Source: Priapulus caudatus (taxonomy: Eukaryota). From it: a stretch of 61,979 bases of DNA. Below, piece by piece: positions 38,901 to 48,536 of this stretch (the stretch's first letter is position 1; each line of letters begins with the position of its first letter). A program made the position numbers and the translations under genes. The notes beneath the pieces are model-generated. The model had not been told where the DNA came from and ran no database searches. It saw only the letters and a program-made list of their open reading frames with translations. The DNA lies in NCBI RefSeq assembly GCF_000485595.1, contig NW_014577084.1, positions 879,695 through 941,673 of the forward strand, given 5' to 3'.

Positions 38901-41900
38901 GAAATTGGGTCAAGTTCTGCTTATTTGATCGGACTGTCACCCTCCTACATTTATTTTTAGTGCAGGTATTTAGGGGATAGTTTTATGTGCGCATTCTCAC
39001 GTAGTTGTTGTTTCCTGTTGTTGCAGAAATTTTGGTTGACATGGCAACTGTAGAGGCACAGGCATTTGGTCCTGAGGCTTTGGTTGGCATGAAGGTGGTG
39101 GAGTACATTCCACCCACTCCACAGGGGGTGCCACATCCCAACGCGCAAGCTTTATCACAGCAGCAACAGCAGCAGCAGCAGCAATCACTACGGGACTCGC
39201 TGGCCCAGGGCCGACCAATGCCACTCTCGGCACCCTTGCCTCAGCATCAGCAGAAAGCTGCACATATGCAGCAGCAACAGCAGCAGCAACAGAAAGAACA
39301 TCATCATCACCAACGTTAGTTTTTTCTTACATAAATTAATTGTATGGCCACCTCTGTTTCGTGGTAGCATTACAGTTAGAATATAGAATATATATATATT
39401 TATACGTATAGAATCATAGCCACATATCAGTCGTATGCCTCATCTTGATAAGTAAACGATTGTTGGTTTAAAACAATGCTGTGCAGTTCTAAGAGTTGAT
39501 TAGTTGTCGTTTCTCGTATCATTCACCAATTTTTCATTGCTTACAATTTTGTTGTGTGAATTCAATGTTTTTTGTCTATTTTCTATGGTATAGGGCCTAT
39601 ACTTCCAGCATCAATGACCTCAAATGCCACGCCAGGCACCCACCCACATCCCACGATAGAGCCCGAGAAGTTTGCTTGCCACTGGCTACAATCCAGCTTT
39701 GAGGAACACCCAGGAAGCTCCTATCCAAAGGTGGACATGTACACTGAGTATTTAGGCGCAACTAGCAAGCTAGGCAGGGCTGCCATCCTCAACTCCACGA
39801 AGTTTGCTGAATGCCTTAAGTGAGTGCAATTCATCATAATTTGTATGATTTCTATTTGTTTATGATAATCAGTTACTCACTGGTTGTTATCATTTATCTT
39901 GAACTTGATATAATGTCATTATTATGCATTCTTACATTGTAAGAAAATATATGTGGTGGTAGCCTCTCAATGATGAGTTAATCCTCGCCTCACTCTAAAC
40001 ATTGAATTTACTATGTAGAAAAGTATTCCCTAAAGCCGGGGTCAAGAAGGTAGAGCTCGGCGGTGGCGGATCAGTACAACATCATGACAGACTACGAAGA
40101 AAACATCCAGTTCCATCAGCAAAACAGCAGCCTTGTAAGTTACCCCTATCAGTATCACATTGCTTTTCTTCATGTTTCATAGCCATTAATCCATGTTGAC
40201 AACAGCAAGCTTCTAACTTCTAACATTGCGTTTATTGCTCACAGTAACCTGACTGCAAAACAGTTTTCTAGCTTGTTTAAATTGCATTTAATCATATATG
40301 TGGACATGTATGTAATACACTATACTGTGTGCACAAATTTATGACAAAATGCTTATTCAATATGCTTATTCAATAGAAGCACTGTCTTGTTACTGTGAAC
40401 AACAAGCCTTTCTGTGTGTTACTTGACCTAAATGCTTGGCATGATGGTGAAATTTGTTCACCTGTAGGGAAATTAAAACCTTGTTCTCCAGTGACTAATA
40501 TCCGTTTAGATACGCAATTTTACAACGTTATCAATGCCCATAATGCTAACAAGTTGTGGCCAAAATAATTATGCAAAATGGTATTACTTGACTATTAACC
40601 CTAGCTAATATAGTCTTGGGAGTGGTAGCAGTTTCGGGTGACTGGTGGTATGACAGGCCACATTGCTCTTGCAGCATTGCAGCAGGAGGTTGCACACTCA
40701 CCCTCCCTACCTGTATCACATCCAACACCCACTAACACTGCCACTACCGCTACTGCTGTGCTACCAACACAGCAGGCTAGCTGGAAAGGTGAACGTTCTT
40801 ATGGCTTTCTACTAACATGCCCTTGCCTCTGGTGTTGCTTGGATGCAATGATTGTTTTACAGAAATTCTTTAAAACTTGTTACCAAGCTGTTATTAAGAA
40901 ATAGATGATCTATTGATTGATATGTAAAAGTCTGATTATGTTGTGCTTTTGGTATATCAAAACCTAATCACAATAATAAAATCAGTTAAAACTAATACAC
41001 CCAATGATTTTTTTGGTGTTCTCTATTGAATACTGTGTTTTTCACTCCCTGTTTGGTTATCATAATGATTATCGATATCTCTTGTCCTGCAGGGTACCAG
41101 CGGCCACCTCCACCCACATCCTTGCCTACGCCTTCCCGCCCTGAACGGCCAGTTAGCCGGGGCAGTAACAGCAGCCGTCTTTCGACTCCACTGTCACCAT
41201 CTCAGATCCGTTTCCCAATGTTGCCTGCGCACCTGCGCAGCCAGTCCCCTTCCACTCCTCCGTCAGGTCAGGCCTCTCCTAACATGTTTTCCCCCGCCTC
41301 GCCACTTCTCTCAGCACAACTCAACAGCCCAGCTAGTGATGGGGGTTTGGCAATTCAGCCTGGCCAGTTCAAGTCTCGGGATCACGGTACATCCACGCCG
41401 TCTGGTAATGCGGGACAGAAATACCCATCCATTCAGCAAGCATTGTTAGGTAGGTATCATATGCTTGGCATGTTAGCTGTTGGTTATCTGAGCCCCACTG
41501 TAAATTCTTACTCATGAGAATCTCGTGCTATACAGCTTCTAGTACCTATTAGTTAACTATGTGTGCTTCGTAATTTGAGCTGTAGAATTTTTCCAGTATG
41601 TGCCGTATCACTAGTTATTATCGCTATGTTTTTTTCTGCAGCCAAGAGCAAAGATACACGATCTCTTCCATCACCAACTCAACATGGTCAGTTATCACCT
41701 AGCAACAATACCAGTCTCATCAAAAGCTTGCTGGCTACTAAGGTGACACAGAACATGCAGCATCGTGCTCAAAACCAGCAGAACAAAAGAACAGGAGTGA
41801 CGTCACCAGGCAGCCCGCGTTCACCTCAGCAGCCATCACTTAGCAACCCGTGTGTGCCACACGAGTTTCACCACGGCAACCAGCACCATTCGTATCACCA

Positions 41901-44900
41901 GGCAGTGATAAGTTCAGCATCCCCCCTGCAATCCCATCCTGGGGAGCAGCAGGACTGGACATCTGGCAGTGATAGAACCTCTAAATCTCAATCCTCAATG
42001 GGCCGAAGCAGACCGACCGCTCCGCCGAAGTCTCCCCTTTCTGGTGGCCAGCCGTGGTCGCACAGGGGTCCGGCAGAGGCGTTGCCGGAGAGAGGGGTGG
42101 GGGGTGGCAGCGGCGCGGACCCTGTGCAGCTGGGCGAACATGCGGCATCGACGGCTGGGGCGCGCATCACGTCAGAGTGCCGGAACGAGCACAGCGGGAT
42201 TTTCTGCGAGCCATCATCGGAGACGGGTGAGCAGCAACCTCGGCTCAATTCAGGGAGTGCAACTAGTCAAGGGACCAGCGGTGTCTTCTCTGCGGCATCT
42301 CAGACTGAGACGGGTGCGGCCAGAAACGAACTGATCGGTAGTGGGCCCCCACATCCAGCTACAAATGGCGTCAACGGCTGCCTGAGTTCGCCCAGTGGCA
42401 GCGCGTCATCGAGAGACAATGCAGAGATGGCCGGCGGCAAACAACCGCAAAACGGGCATGGTGGAATGCCGTGCCGGATTCAGGAGACGCCTCGTGCTGG
42501 AAACCCCGACCACAGCCCCGTCACCATGGAAACGGAGGGAAAACTAAGCAATGGTCCTATCTTCACCGGTGCTGAGAAGGGGCGAAGTGAGGCGGAGATG
42601 GCATCCGAAATCCTGAAAGAGGCAAAGGAGGCTGCGCTCTCAGATCTCATCACAGACAAAGCAGTGTTCCTGAACGGCTTCTGTGAGTCTCCCCACGTGA
42701 AGAGCTTTGACTCTATTGTAAATCACGTCGGAAATGGAGATACCGGTGCTGAAGCTTTGCAGAATGCTATGAAAACCCCGAAAGCTGATGCTCTTGATGC
42801 AGTGCGAAATGTGCCGCAAGAAAACAACATGGCGGTGGCGAGTGAAGAGAAAACAAATCTGAATCATGAACCTCCTGTAGATAGCTGTGTGAATAAATCG
42901 GAGGTGGATGTTGGTTCTGTGTCGTGTAACAAGGTACAGGATAACTGCAGGCCACAGATGCTTGTGGGAGAGCAGAGCAAGTGTGATGTGGTGCAATCTG
43001 ACATGACCCAAGTTAGTGAGAATGTGACACTGGCTGGTTGTGACAAGCCTGCTTCACAGCATTTACCTGTGTCAAAGCAGGTGCCCATAAATGACTTCAA
43101 GGGGCAAGTTTCATCTGCACAAATGTTACAGCATCAGGACTTCCATAAACATGTGGTTAAGGAAGAAAAGCCCAGCCCTATGGATGTAGATACAGAAGTA
43201 TCTACTCTCCCTAACAAACTTAAGCAGAAATCCTGCTTGCTAGGCGAACTGTTGGAATCGACGTCGGTTGAAAAGCCGCCAATTTCGTTGAATATAAACA
43301 GTGCAAGAGCAGCTGAGAAAAAGACCGATAGTATGTTTGTGCCCGTGAGCCAGAACAGTGCCATGCAAGGCTTTATTGCGCGCCCTGCAGTGGTGCTACC
43401 TAGTAGACAGCTAGGTGCTCTACCGGGGCAGTTGCCACAGCCGTATGTGTCAGTACCCTCCACTATCACACCTACGAAGCGTCCGTCCACTGAGCCATCC
43501 GCAGGCCCCAACTCAAAGCGCCCAGCACCCCCGCCGTTTTCCCAAAGAAATGTCCCGAGCCCCATGCAGATATCATCGCCGCCCAGCCTCAACACAGCAC
43601 CTGCACCGCATAGCCCGATCTTGAAGTTGGCCCTAGAGAAATCGTCAGCTGTGAAAGGTGCGACATCACCACGTAGAGCTGGAGCAACAACTCCAAAATC
43701 TGTGCCAAAGATGCCTGTGGCCACATGCTCGCGACCAGCCGCCACCAAGAGTAACACCTCCCAGTCAAATACTCACAGCTCGACAGCTGCACACCAAAGA
43801 AATACAGGTATTTGTCCCCGATTTTCTTTTGGTGCAGGGCAAGATTTGTGTTCAGATGCACTGGGGCATGTGCCACTGGCAATAATGCTTTGTAAGGATA
43901 CACTCGAGCTTTTATTCGAAATTTAATTGATTTTTCATTTTCATTATTCGATGGCTAACAGTAGGTGGCACATGCTTATTTCTTCATATAACAATAATAC
44001 ATGTGAACTTTCAGAGCGTTTTGATTGCGTGCGTACGTGTGTAGTGAGCCTTAGCCTTTAAAACACTGATGACGTCAGAGACATGATACAACCAGCCTTT
44101 TCACAGTATTCATTATGCTAGAATCTGTTGCACGCAGGCGGTCGATCAATGTAAAAAGTAGATTCTGATGTTTGCCATAGTAGCCGATGTATAAATGGAT
44201 ATTTCTCTGTCGTTACAACTCTGAATAATTAAATTTTACACGTTTTAATGGTTACACTTGCTGTAAAAAAGCGCGTCATGGCTTGTTATTAAGTGCCGTT
44301 TTTATGGTTGTTTATGTGCATAAATTTTCAATCTGAACATACATATGCCTTAAATTTGAGGCAGTTTTCTAATTTTTTATTGTAAATATTAAATTTAAAA
44401 TTCTGACGTGAAATTTTGGTGCATATGCTGCTTAACTTGTGGCGAAAAAATGTTGATTTCATACTCTGTGGTAATTGAGAAATATCCAACATGTCCAATG
44501 TGTTGTCACATAATTAGGTGCTGGAATTTCTCATGAAATTTTATGGCTTGAGCATCTGATACATCTCATCTATAAATGAAACGTGTGATTGATTCGTTTT
44601 ATTTGTCAATAAATGGTTGCTCTTCATTAGAGCAATATACCTGTGCGAAAGAGTGTATCCTTAATGGATGGCTTAATATGAAAACAAGTTTTGATTAAAT
44701 TGTGTGTGAGCTAGCCTTTATATCACTGTAAAGACACGCTTGCCCTGTATTATTCAGTTGTAAGACTGCGTAATTCATGTATTTCATTTTTTTAAACTTG
44801 CACCTGTTAAAAAGAAACTAAGGAGGTTGTGTTTCAGGTGTTGAGAATGATATTATAGTAGTGAACTGTACCATAACGCATCTATGAACAATAATCTCCA

Positions 44901-47669
44901 TAATTATGTAATAATATAATAATGTACCGCAGAGAATTACTAGTGCCGTATAGCAGCAGCAAGTAGTTTGAAGCATTTTCATTACAGAGTGTTTTCACCA
45001 TTTATTGTAACCATCAGTCTATTCTTTATGACATAATAATATTATAACTGAATTACACTCCTACCTTTTTAGCTATAATTTTCTGCTGCTTGCCTTCTAG
45101 CTGCACATTCTTCAGCAGCTGTCTCTCAGGCAAAGTTGCCGCCAGCTCAGCCATTGCCACCGACACCACAGCAGCAGCAGGCAGCACAGAAACAGGCTGC
45201 TGAGTTGCAACAACGGGCGCTGAAGCTGCAGTGTCCACCCGATCTCCTATATAAGTGCGAATGGACGGGATGCACTCAGTGAGTGTACTAATATAGTAGA
45301 TCGATGCAATGTCAAATTGAACCTGTTGTTTGTCCTTGTTGTGTTGAGGAAAACTAGCATCATGGAAGCTCAATTTCTTTGCTGTCCCTTCATCTATGTA
45401 TGTTGCATCTTCTCATAGCTTGTGCAAAGGTGCTGGAGGAATCTTCAAACATGTAGTGAAGGTGCACTGCACTCAGGATGGCCCATGCCTGTGGGAACCC
45501 TGCGACAAGATGGTGCGAAAACGCTGGTCTCTCGCTACGCATTTACAAGTATGTTTCATTCAGCAGAAGCCACGTGTTGTTGCTGTTATTGTCTGTGTTT
45601 TATTTTTTGTTGGCTGAGCCCAATGAGCGCAATTATATATTTTTCTTTGTGAACATCTAAATTCTAATGGAGAAATAGAGCAGGCAACCTACCTACTGAC
45701 CCAACTACGTCTATTGGTTTATATCACATATCAGCTGTTGCCATATTGGGTGGGATACTTGATATATATATCAAGAGTACATAATAGAGAAGGGTATGAC
45801 ACCGTTTTAACAGCATTTTGCATAGTTTTCAACTTGTAAATATTCTATCAATATGTGAATAAATATATTCAAACTTTACCTTGTTTTCGTCTATGAATCT
45901 CCCTTAATCATATTACACCACCAATTTACCTGAAAATCGTATGTGTTCTTCAAAAAAGTGTTTTGAATACGACATGGTTTCACACAGTTTTCCCAAATAA
46001 TCGCATGTATTTGGCGCATGTTGATAATGCGGCGGCAGCACCAGGTTGTCACTACGGGACGCTGGGGACTGTTGGGGATATTAGGTAAGCACAGTAACAT
46101 CACTTGTTTCGCTTCTTTATCATCAGGAACACGATGGCAATACAGCTAAAATCAGCTGCTAGCTCGCCGTGAGCACACATTTATTTCTAGCACGCTGGAA
46201 ACGCTACACGCTGAATACAATTCGATGCCTAACATCCCCAACAGCCCCCAGCGTTCCGTCATAGACAATAGAACACTAATCTGATAATAAACTTGCGCCG
46301 AATACATGCGATCATTTGGGAAAACTGTGAAACTGTGTCGTATTCAAAGAACTTTTTTGAAGAACACATACGATTTTCAGGTAAATTGGTGGTATCATAT
46401 GATTAAGGGAGAATCATAGACGAAAACAAGGTAAAGTTTGAATATATTTATTCACATATTGATAGAATATTTACAAGTTGAAAACTATGCAAAACGGTGT
46501 CAGACTCTTCTCTATAGTATTATGTACTCTTGATATATATATATATAGTTGAGAGCTGTATAGTAAAGCACCAAGCTATAATATAGCTAAACTGAAACTA
46601 AACTTCATTTTGTTTCCTCTGATAATATTTGCCCAGTGCATTACTGATGTCACGTATTAACTCATGTTCTCGTAATTTAAACATGCTGCTTTAGTACAAA
46701 CACCAATGATATGGTCTTGTTTGTGTGTGTGACAACAGGACATTCACTGTCAAGACAAACTACTGCGCATGGCAGCAGTGCGCCGCTTCCACGTAGAACA
46801 ACTGGGTGACAGTCCTCTGCCTCCTGCCCAACTACCGCCGCAGCATCCCGGCTTTCATCCGAATGCTGCCATCCTGGCCATACGGAGGCATGCTGTACCG
46901 CCAGCAGCAGTGTTCGTGGTGAGTATTCTTGCACTTTTCGAGAGTATTTAGGTTATGATAGGAAGGAGCCAGTTTTATTCCATAAGTGTGTGCAGTTTAA
47001 TTTTGTTGTGTGTGGTATCAACCTTGGCATTAGCTATGCATAAAGGTGACTTAAACACAATACATAGTAATGCTATTACTACTTGATCTTAAGCAAATAT
47101 TATTGCATACCATATTGTGACTCTATTGTGTTCTCTATTTATCCTATTCTGTTTTCTCTTCACAAGGATGAAAAGGAGGGTCCAGTAACTAAACATATCC
47201 GCCTGACCGCATCATTGATACTACGTAATCTTGCCAGATACTCGCACCTTGGAAGAAGGTTTGTAATGTGGCACAGAAATGTGCAAATACGTTAAGTAAT
47301 TGTTGAAAATCATGTTCTTGTCCCCAACCCCAACATAGCCGTGCAGTAATTTCACAGCTTGGTGTATGCTATACATCTAACTGATCAAGTTTACCAGTGT
47401 ATTAGGGCTACTTATGACACATGTAACTGACTCTCCTGGGTCTTTCCTCATCTGTCCATAACCGACGTGCCTTCTAAAATCCCTGGGGGGAACCCTGCTG
47501 TGTGTGTAGGAGTAGGCATCTCATAATTCTTTATTGCATTGTTTACAGCAAGTTGAAACCACACGAGCAGAAGCTAGCGCAGCTCTCGCTTAGTTGCGTG
47601 GAGTCGTCGACAGCACTGGCCAACTGTCTGTTTGAGCTGCGCTACGACCACTCGGTTGCGCCTACGTAG
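8741..47669 (+). CDS. ARID2: AT-rich interactive domain protein 2 (BAF200/BAP170, PBAF subunit); 20 coding exons, 5307 nt, about 1768 aa
   Basis: Exons 8741-8832, 8954-9047, 11290-11387, 32142-32287, 34440-34723, 36179-36242, 36472-36643, 36997-37175, 38455-38664, 39027-39314, 39594-39819, 40019-40134, 40675-40788, 41093-41449, 41642-43807, 45101-45278, 45419-45548, 46739-46918, 47167-47258, 47549-47669 are all GT-AG and phase-compatible. ARID2 domain order: ARID (AFLDELKQFH..EVDLHLLYHKVTSLGGW), ARM-like region (SLMSGLPNEVDFALNVCVLLSNE; EGQRIEQIVVILRNLSFE), RFX-like winged helix, long disordered region, two C2H2 fingers, C-terminal EGPVTKHIRLTASLILRNL. Confidence 0.96.
8954..9047 (+). CDS. 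ARID2: ARID2 exon 2 (ARID domain, TPLSRLPTISGREVDLHLLYHKVTSLGGWNK)
   Basis: tttacag acceptor, AAG|gtaggc donor. Confidence 0.94.
10320..11110. mobile_element. Foldback element with ~245-bp TIRs and CAAGAG/CTTTTG ends (P/Galileo-like), in ARID2 intron 2
   Basis: 10320-10563 is the near-perfect reverse complement of 10861-11110; inserted in (TA)n. Confidence 0.85.
11290..11387 (+). CDS. ARID2: ARID2 exon 3 (ARID domain, VSDQERWGELLGLFHLPRACGNATEALKHIYIR)
   Basis: ttttaag acceptor, CG|gtaaga donor. Confidence 0.94.
15543..15580. mobile_element. 38-bp perfect palindromic mini-element with a 7-bp TSD
   Basis: caggagtgaataatagaga|tctctattattcactcctg flanked by ttaatat on both sides. Confidence 0.8.
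16981..17662. mobile_element. Degenerate hAT-like MITE
   Basis: Imperfect ends cagtgtttcccctg / cagaagaaaccctg; no clear TSD. Confidence 0.45.
18406..19073. mobile_element. hAT MITE (TAGGG-type end) with an 8-bp TSD
   Basis: tagggctgta ... gacagtctta; TSD ctgaacat at 18398-18405 and 19074-19081; subterminal atcgat repeats. Confidence 0.82.
18790..18827. mobile_element. 38-bp mini-element nested in the hAT MITE
   Basis: 10-bp TIR cagagacaat/attgtctctg; flanks tacgcac/tatgcat (7 bp, two C/T differences). Confidence 0.55.
19985..20055. repeat. Compound microsatellite (TAT)n(TGC)n(TGT)n
   Basis: Direct inspection. Confidence 0.95.
22568..23270. mobile_element. Harbinger-like MITE nested in the HINE
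   Basis: aggc.. / ..gggcct ends with taa/tta flanks; absent from the paralogous HINE; 22670-22800 is homologous to 60180-60310. Confidence 0.65.
23279..23913. mobile_element. Kolobok-like non-autonomous element (TTAA TSD) nested in the HINE
   Basis: TTAA at 23275-23278 and 23914-23917; imperfect TIRs atggacagtagcctctaag vs agggaaagtttactctagg; absent from the paralogous HINE. Confidence 0.7.
24276..24340 (+). other. Decayed tRNA-derived (SINE-head-like) segment
   Basis: A-box-like tagccgaacgcg and B-box-like ggatcgaatccc at tRNA spacing; no intact cloverleaf. Confidence 0.4.
25480..25873. mobile_element. Harbinger/PIF MITE
   Basis: TAA TSD; right end gtgtgcgccgggca is identical to that of the 7262-7403 MITE; subterminal gtgctgagcacg palindromes. 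Confidence 0.8.
26531..26748 (-). mobile_element. 5'-truncated non-LTR retrotransposon 3' end (Vingi/Ingi-like)
   Basis: Minus strand encodes GRCRALMQKWGYTEDGPTECYCGEDQTMGHLLKCPQL..WLDQV* (CCHC-type end), then an (AGA)n tail; TSD acagaggggtc at 26520-26530 and 26749-26759. Confidence 0.85.
27105..27476. mobile_element. hAT MITE with an internal tandem duplication
   Basis: TIR caggggtagaaattaac / gttaatttcgcaccctg in (TA)n; gggagtcc subterminal repeats; a decayed relative at ~13661-13975. Confidence 0.8.
27812..28517. mobile_element. Foldback element with ~260-bp TIRs, CAAGAG..CTCTTG ends and a 7-bp TSD (P/Galileo-like)
   Basis: Arms are nearly identical; TSD ataccat at 27805-27811 and 28518-28524. 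Confidence 0.9.
28842..29293 (+). mobile_element. Solo LTR (Gypsy-like)
   Basis: TGTAAC...GTTACA termini, 4-bp TSD caac, TATA-like box ~29080 and ATTAAA at 29281; orientation tentative. Confidence 0.7.
32142..32287 (+). CDS. ARID2: ARID2 exon 4 (FLDLYEKVNFLGED...)
   Basis: tttcag acceptor, G|gtaagt donor; completes the ARID helix (R-Y/F-L-x-x-YEK). Confidence 0.93.
34440..34723 (+). CDS. ARID2: ARID2 exon 5 (YDKLIYSLMSGLPNEVDFALNVCVLLSNEGKH)
   Basis: ttgcag acceptor, CGG|gtgagt donor; signature motif. Confidence 0.96.
36179..36242 (+). CDS. ARID2: ARID2 exon 6 (FWYDTVKDEGIRELI)
   Basis: tttcag acceptor, G|gtaggt donor. Confidence 0.9.
36315..36405. repeat. (CATA)n/(CGTA)n microsatellite in ARID2 intron 6
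   Basis: Direct inspection. Confidence 0.9.
36472..36643 (+). CDS. ARID2: ARID2 exon 7 (DTEGQRIEQIVVILRNLSFE)
   Basis: ttgcag acceptor, AG|gtagat donor. Confidence 0.93.
36997..37175 (+). CDS. ARID2: ARID2 exon 8 (RFLLLCAH..LRQMALDTLANLA)
   Basis: tcgtag acceptor, G|gtaaaa donor. Confidence 0.94.
37539..38430 (+). mobile_element. Helentron-type (HINE/DINE-1-like) element with ~146-bp internal tandem repeats
   Basis: 5' subTIR gtatcccccg + hairpin + gtctgtcc; units start at 37621, 37767, 37901, 38047; 3' subTIR cgggggatac + stem-loop + ctagtt. Confidence 0.85.
38455..38664 (+). CDS. ARID2: ARID2 exon 9 (GMEVLANLC..TLEVLYQLSELG)
   Basis: ctctag acceptor, G|gtgcgt donor. Confidence 0.94.
39027..39314 (+). 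CDS. ARID2: ARID2 exon 10 (AQAFGPEALVGMKVVE, then polyQ/polyH)
   Basis: ttgcag acceptor, C|gttagt donor. Confidence 0.9.
39594..39819 (+). CDS. ARID2: ARID2 exon 11 (RFX-like domain, EKFACHWLQSSFEEHP)
   Basis: gtatag acceptor, AA|gtgagt donor. Confidence 0.92.
40019..40134 (+). CDS. ARID2: ARID2 exon 12 (KVFPKAG..HHDRLRRK, end of RFX-like domain)
   Basis: atgtag acceptor, T|gtaagt donor. Confidence 0.88.
40675..40788 (+). CDS. ARID2: ARID2 exon 13 (low complexity; frame-preserving 114 nt)
   Basis: ctcttgcag acceptor gives the required phase 1; G|gtgaac donor; no conserved motif. Confidence 0.65.
41093..41449 (+). CDS. ARID2: ARID2 exon 14 (Pro/Ser-rich, ends YPSIQQALL)
   Basis: cctgcag acceptor, G|gtaggt donor. 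Confidence 0.85.
   Translation, partial: GTSGHLHPHPCLRLPALNGQLAGAVTAAVFRLHCHHLRSVSQCCLRTCAASPLPLLRQVRPLLTCFPPPRHFSQHNSTAQLVMGVWQFSLASSSLGITVHPRRLVMRDRNTHPFSKHC
41642..43807 (+). CDS. ARID2: ARID2 exon 15 (2166-nt disordered central exon)
   Basis: tttttctgcag acceptor, G|gtattt donor; lies within the 787-aa ORF. Confidence 0.9.
45101..45278 (+). CDS. ARID2: ARID2 exon 16 (ends YKCEWTGCT, start of C2H2 finger 1)
   Basis: ttctag acceptor, CA|gtgagt donor. Confidence 0.88.
45419..45548 (+). CDS. ARID2: ARID2 exon 17 (HVVKVH..CLWEPCDKMVRKRWSLATHLQ)
   Basis: tcatag acceptor, CAA|gtatgt donor; C2H2 fingers. Confidence 0.93.
45772..46532. mobile_element. Foldback element with ~245-bp TIRs and CAAGAG..CTCTTG ends (P/Galileo-like), in ARID2 intron 17
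   Basis: 45772-46018 pairs with 46294-46532; atatatat on both flanks. Confidence 0.87.
46739..46918 (+). CDS. ARID2: ARID2 exon 18 (DIHCQDKLL..HPNAAILAIRRHA)
   Basis: caacag acceptor, GTG|gtgagt donor. Confidence 0.92.
47167..47258 (+). CDS. ARID2: ARID2 exon 19 (DEKEGPVTKHIRLTASLILRNLARYS)
   Basis: cacaag acceptor, AG|gtttgt donor; diagnostic C-terminal motif. Confidence 0.95.
47549..47669 (+). CDS. ARID2: ARID2 terminal exon (KLKPHEQKLAQLSLSCVESSTALANCLFEL..APT*)
   Basis: tttacag acceptor, TAG at 47667-47669. Confidence 0.93.
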
Positions 47670-48530
47670 CGTCACACAGTGTCTGTGCCCACATGAGGAT
47701 AGCTGGCAAGGTTAACCACAGCACTGTTGCATTGGCTCACTACATGTGTTCCACGTATGATATTGATGGATGGAGGAGGGCAGGAAGGGTGGGCTGGTCA
47801 TAGCTGCATGTACAAATGGTCAAGGGCAGGCAATATGGGGCTGGTCATAGCAATCGGTAAGGATGGTGTGATAGTCAATGAGGTGGATTGAACGATAGGG
47901 TGTTCTTGTCATAGAGAAAGAAAGAGAGTAAAGAATACAAGTGCATGCAGACAGTGTAACGGTGTGCACTGGATTGTCGAGTGGCTTGTTTTTGTTTGCG
48001 ATGAAGATTCATGCTGCTATCTGGCCATGCGGAATAGGTAAATAGCATCGATATCGTAACAGGTAGAATTTGAAAGTTTTCCAAGGGTATGTGGGTATAC
48101 GATGTCAGCATTCGGTCATTATTTTTGTAATCACTACTTGATTGTGATGCGTCAGCATTGTGCTTGCTGGATTTTTAAAAGAAACCATTTATGTCTCCAC
48201 ATAACTTATTTGTTTCAGTGTTTATTTTATTTTAATTAATGGCAAACCTGATTATTTGGTACATACAACTAGCAAATTGAATAGCCCTTCTCCATGCACA
48301 TGGTTGACAGACGAGCAAGGGTGTTATAATTAATGACATTGTAACTGGTGGCTGTTTAGCACTGCTCACTACTGCCAGTATGTGGCTGCATGCAATAGTG
48401 GAGGTGGTTAAATGTTGTGGAGGCTTCTGGAAGCAAAATCCCAAGTGCTGCTGTGTGATATTATGTACTTATATTTCCATTTCTGCCATATGCAATATAT
48501 ATCTAAAGGTCATACTACATATATTTAAAG

Positions 48531-48536
48531 AATAAA
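48531..48536 (+). terminator. Candidate proximal ARID2 polyadenylation signal (AATAAA)
   Basis: Canonical hexamer about 860 nt after the stop codon; use not demonstrated. Confidence 0.4.

Noticed and set aside
43134..43757. 207-aa minus-strand ORF and other ORFs overlapping 41969-43903
   Set aside because: Antisense or alternative-frame shadows of ARID2 exon 15 with no recognisable domain.
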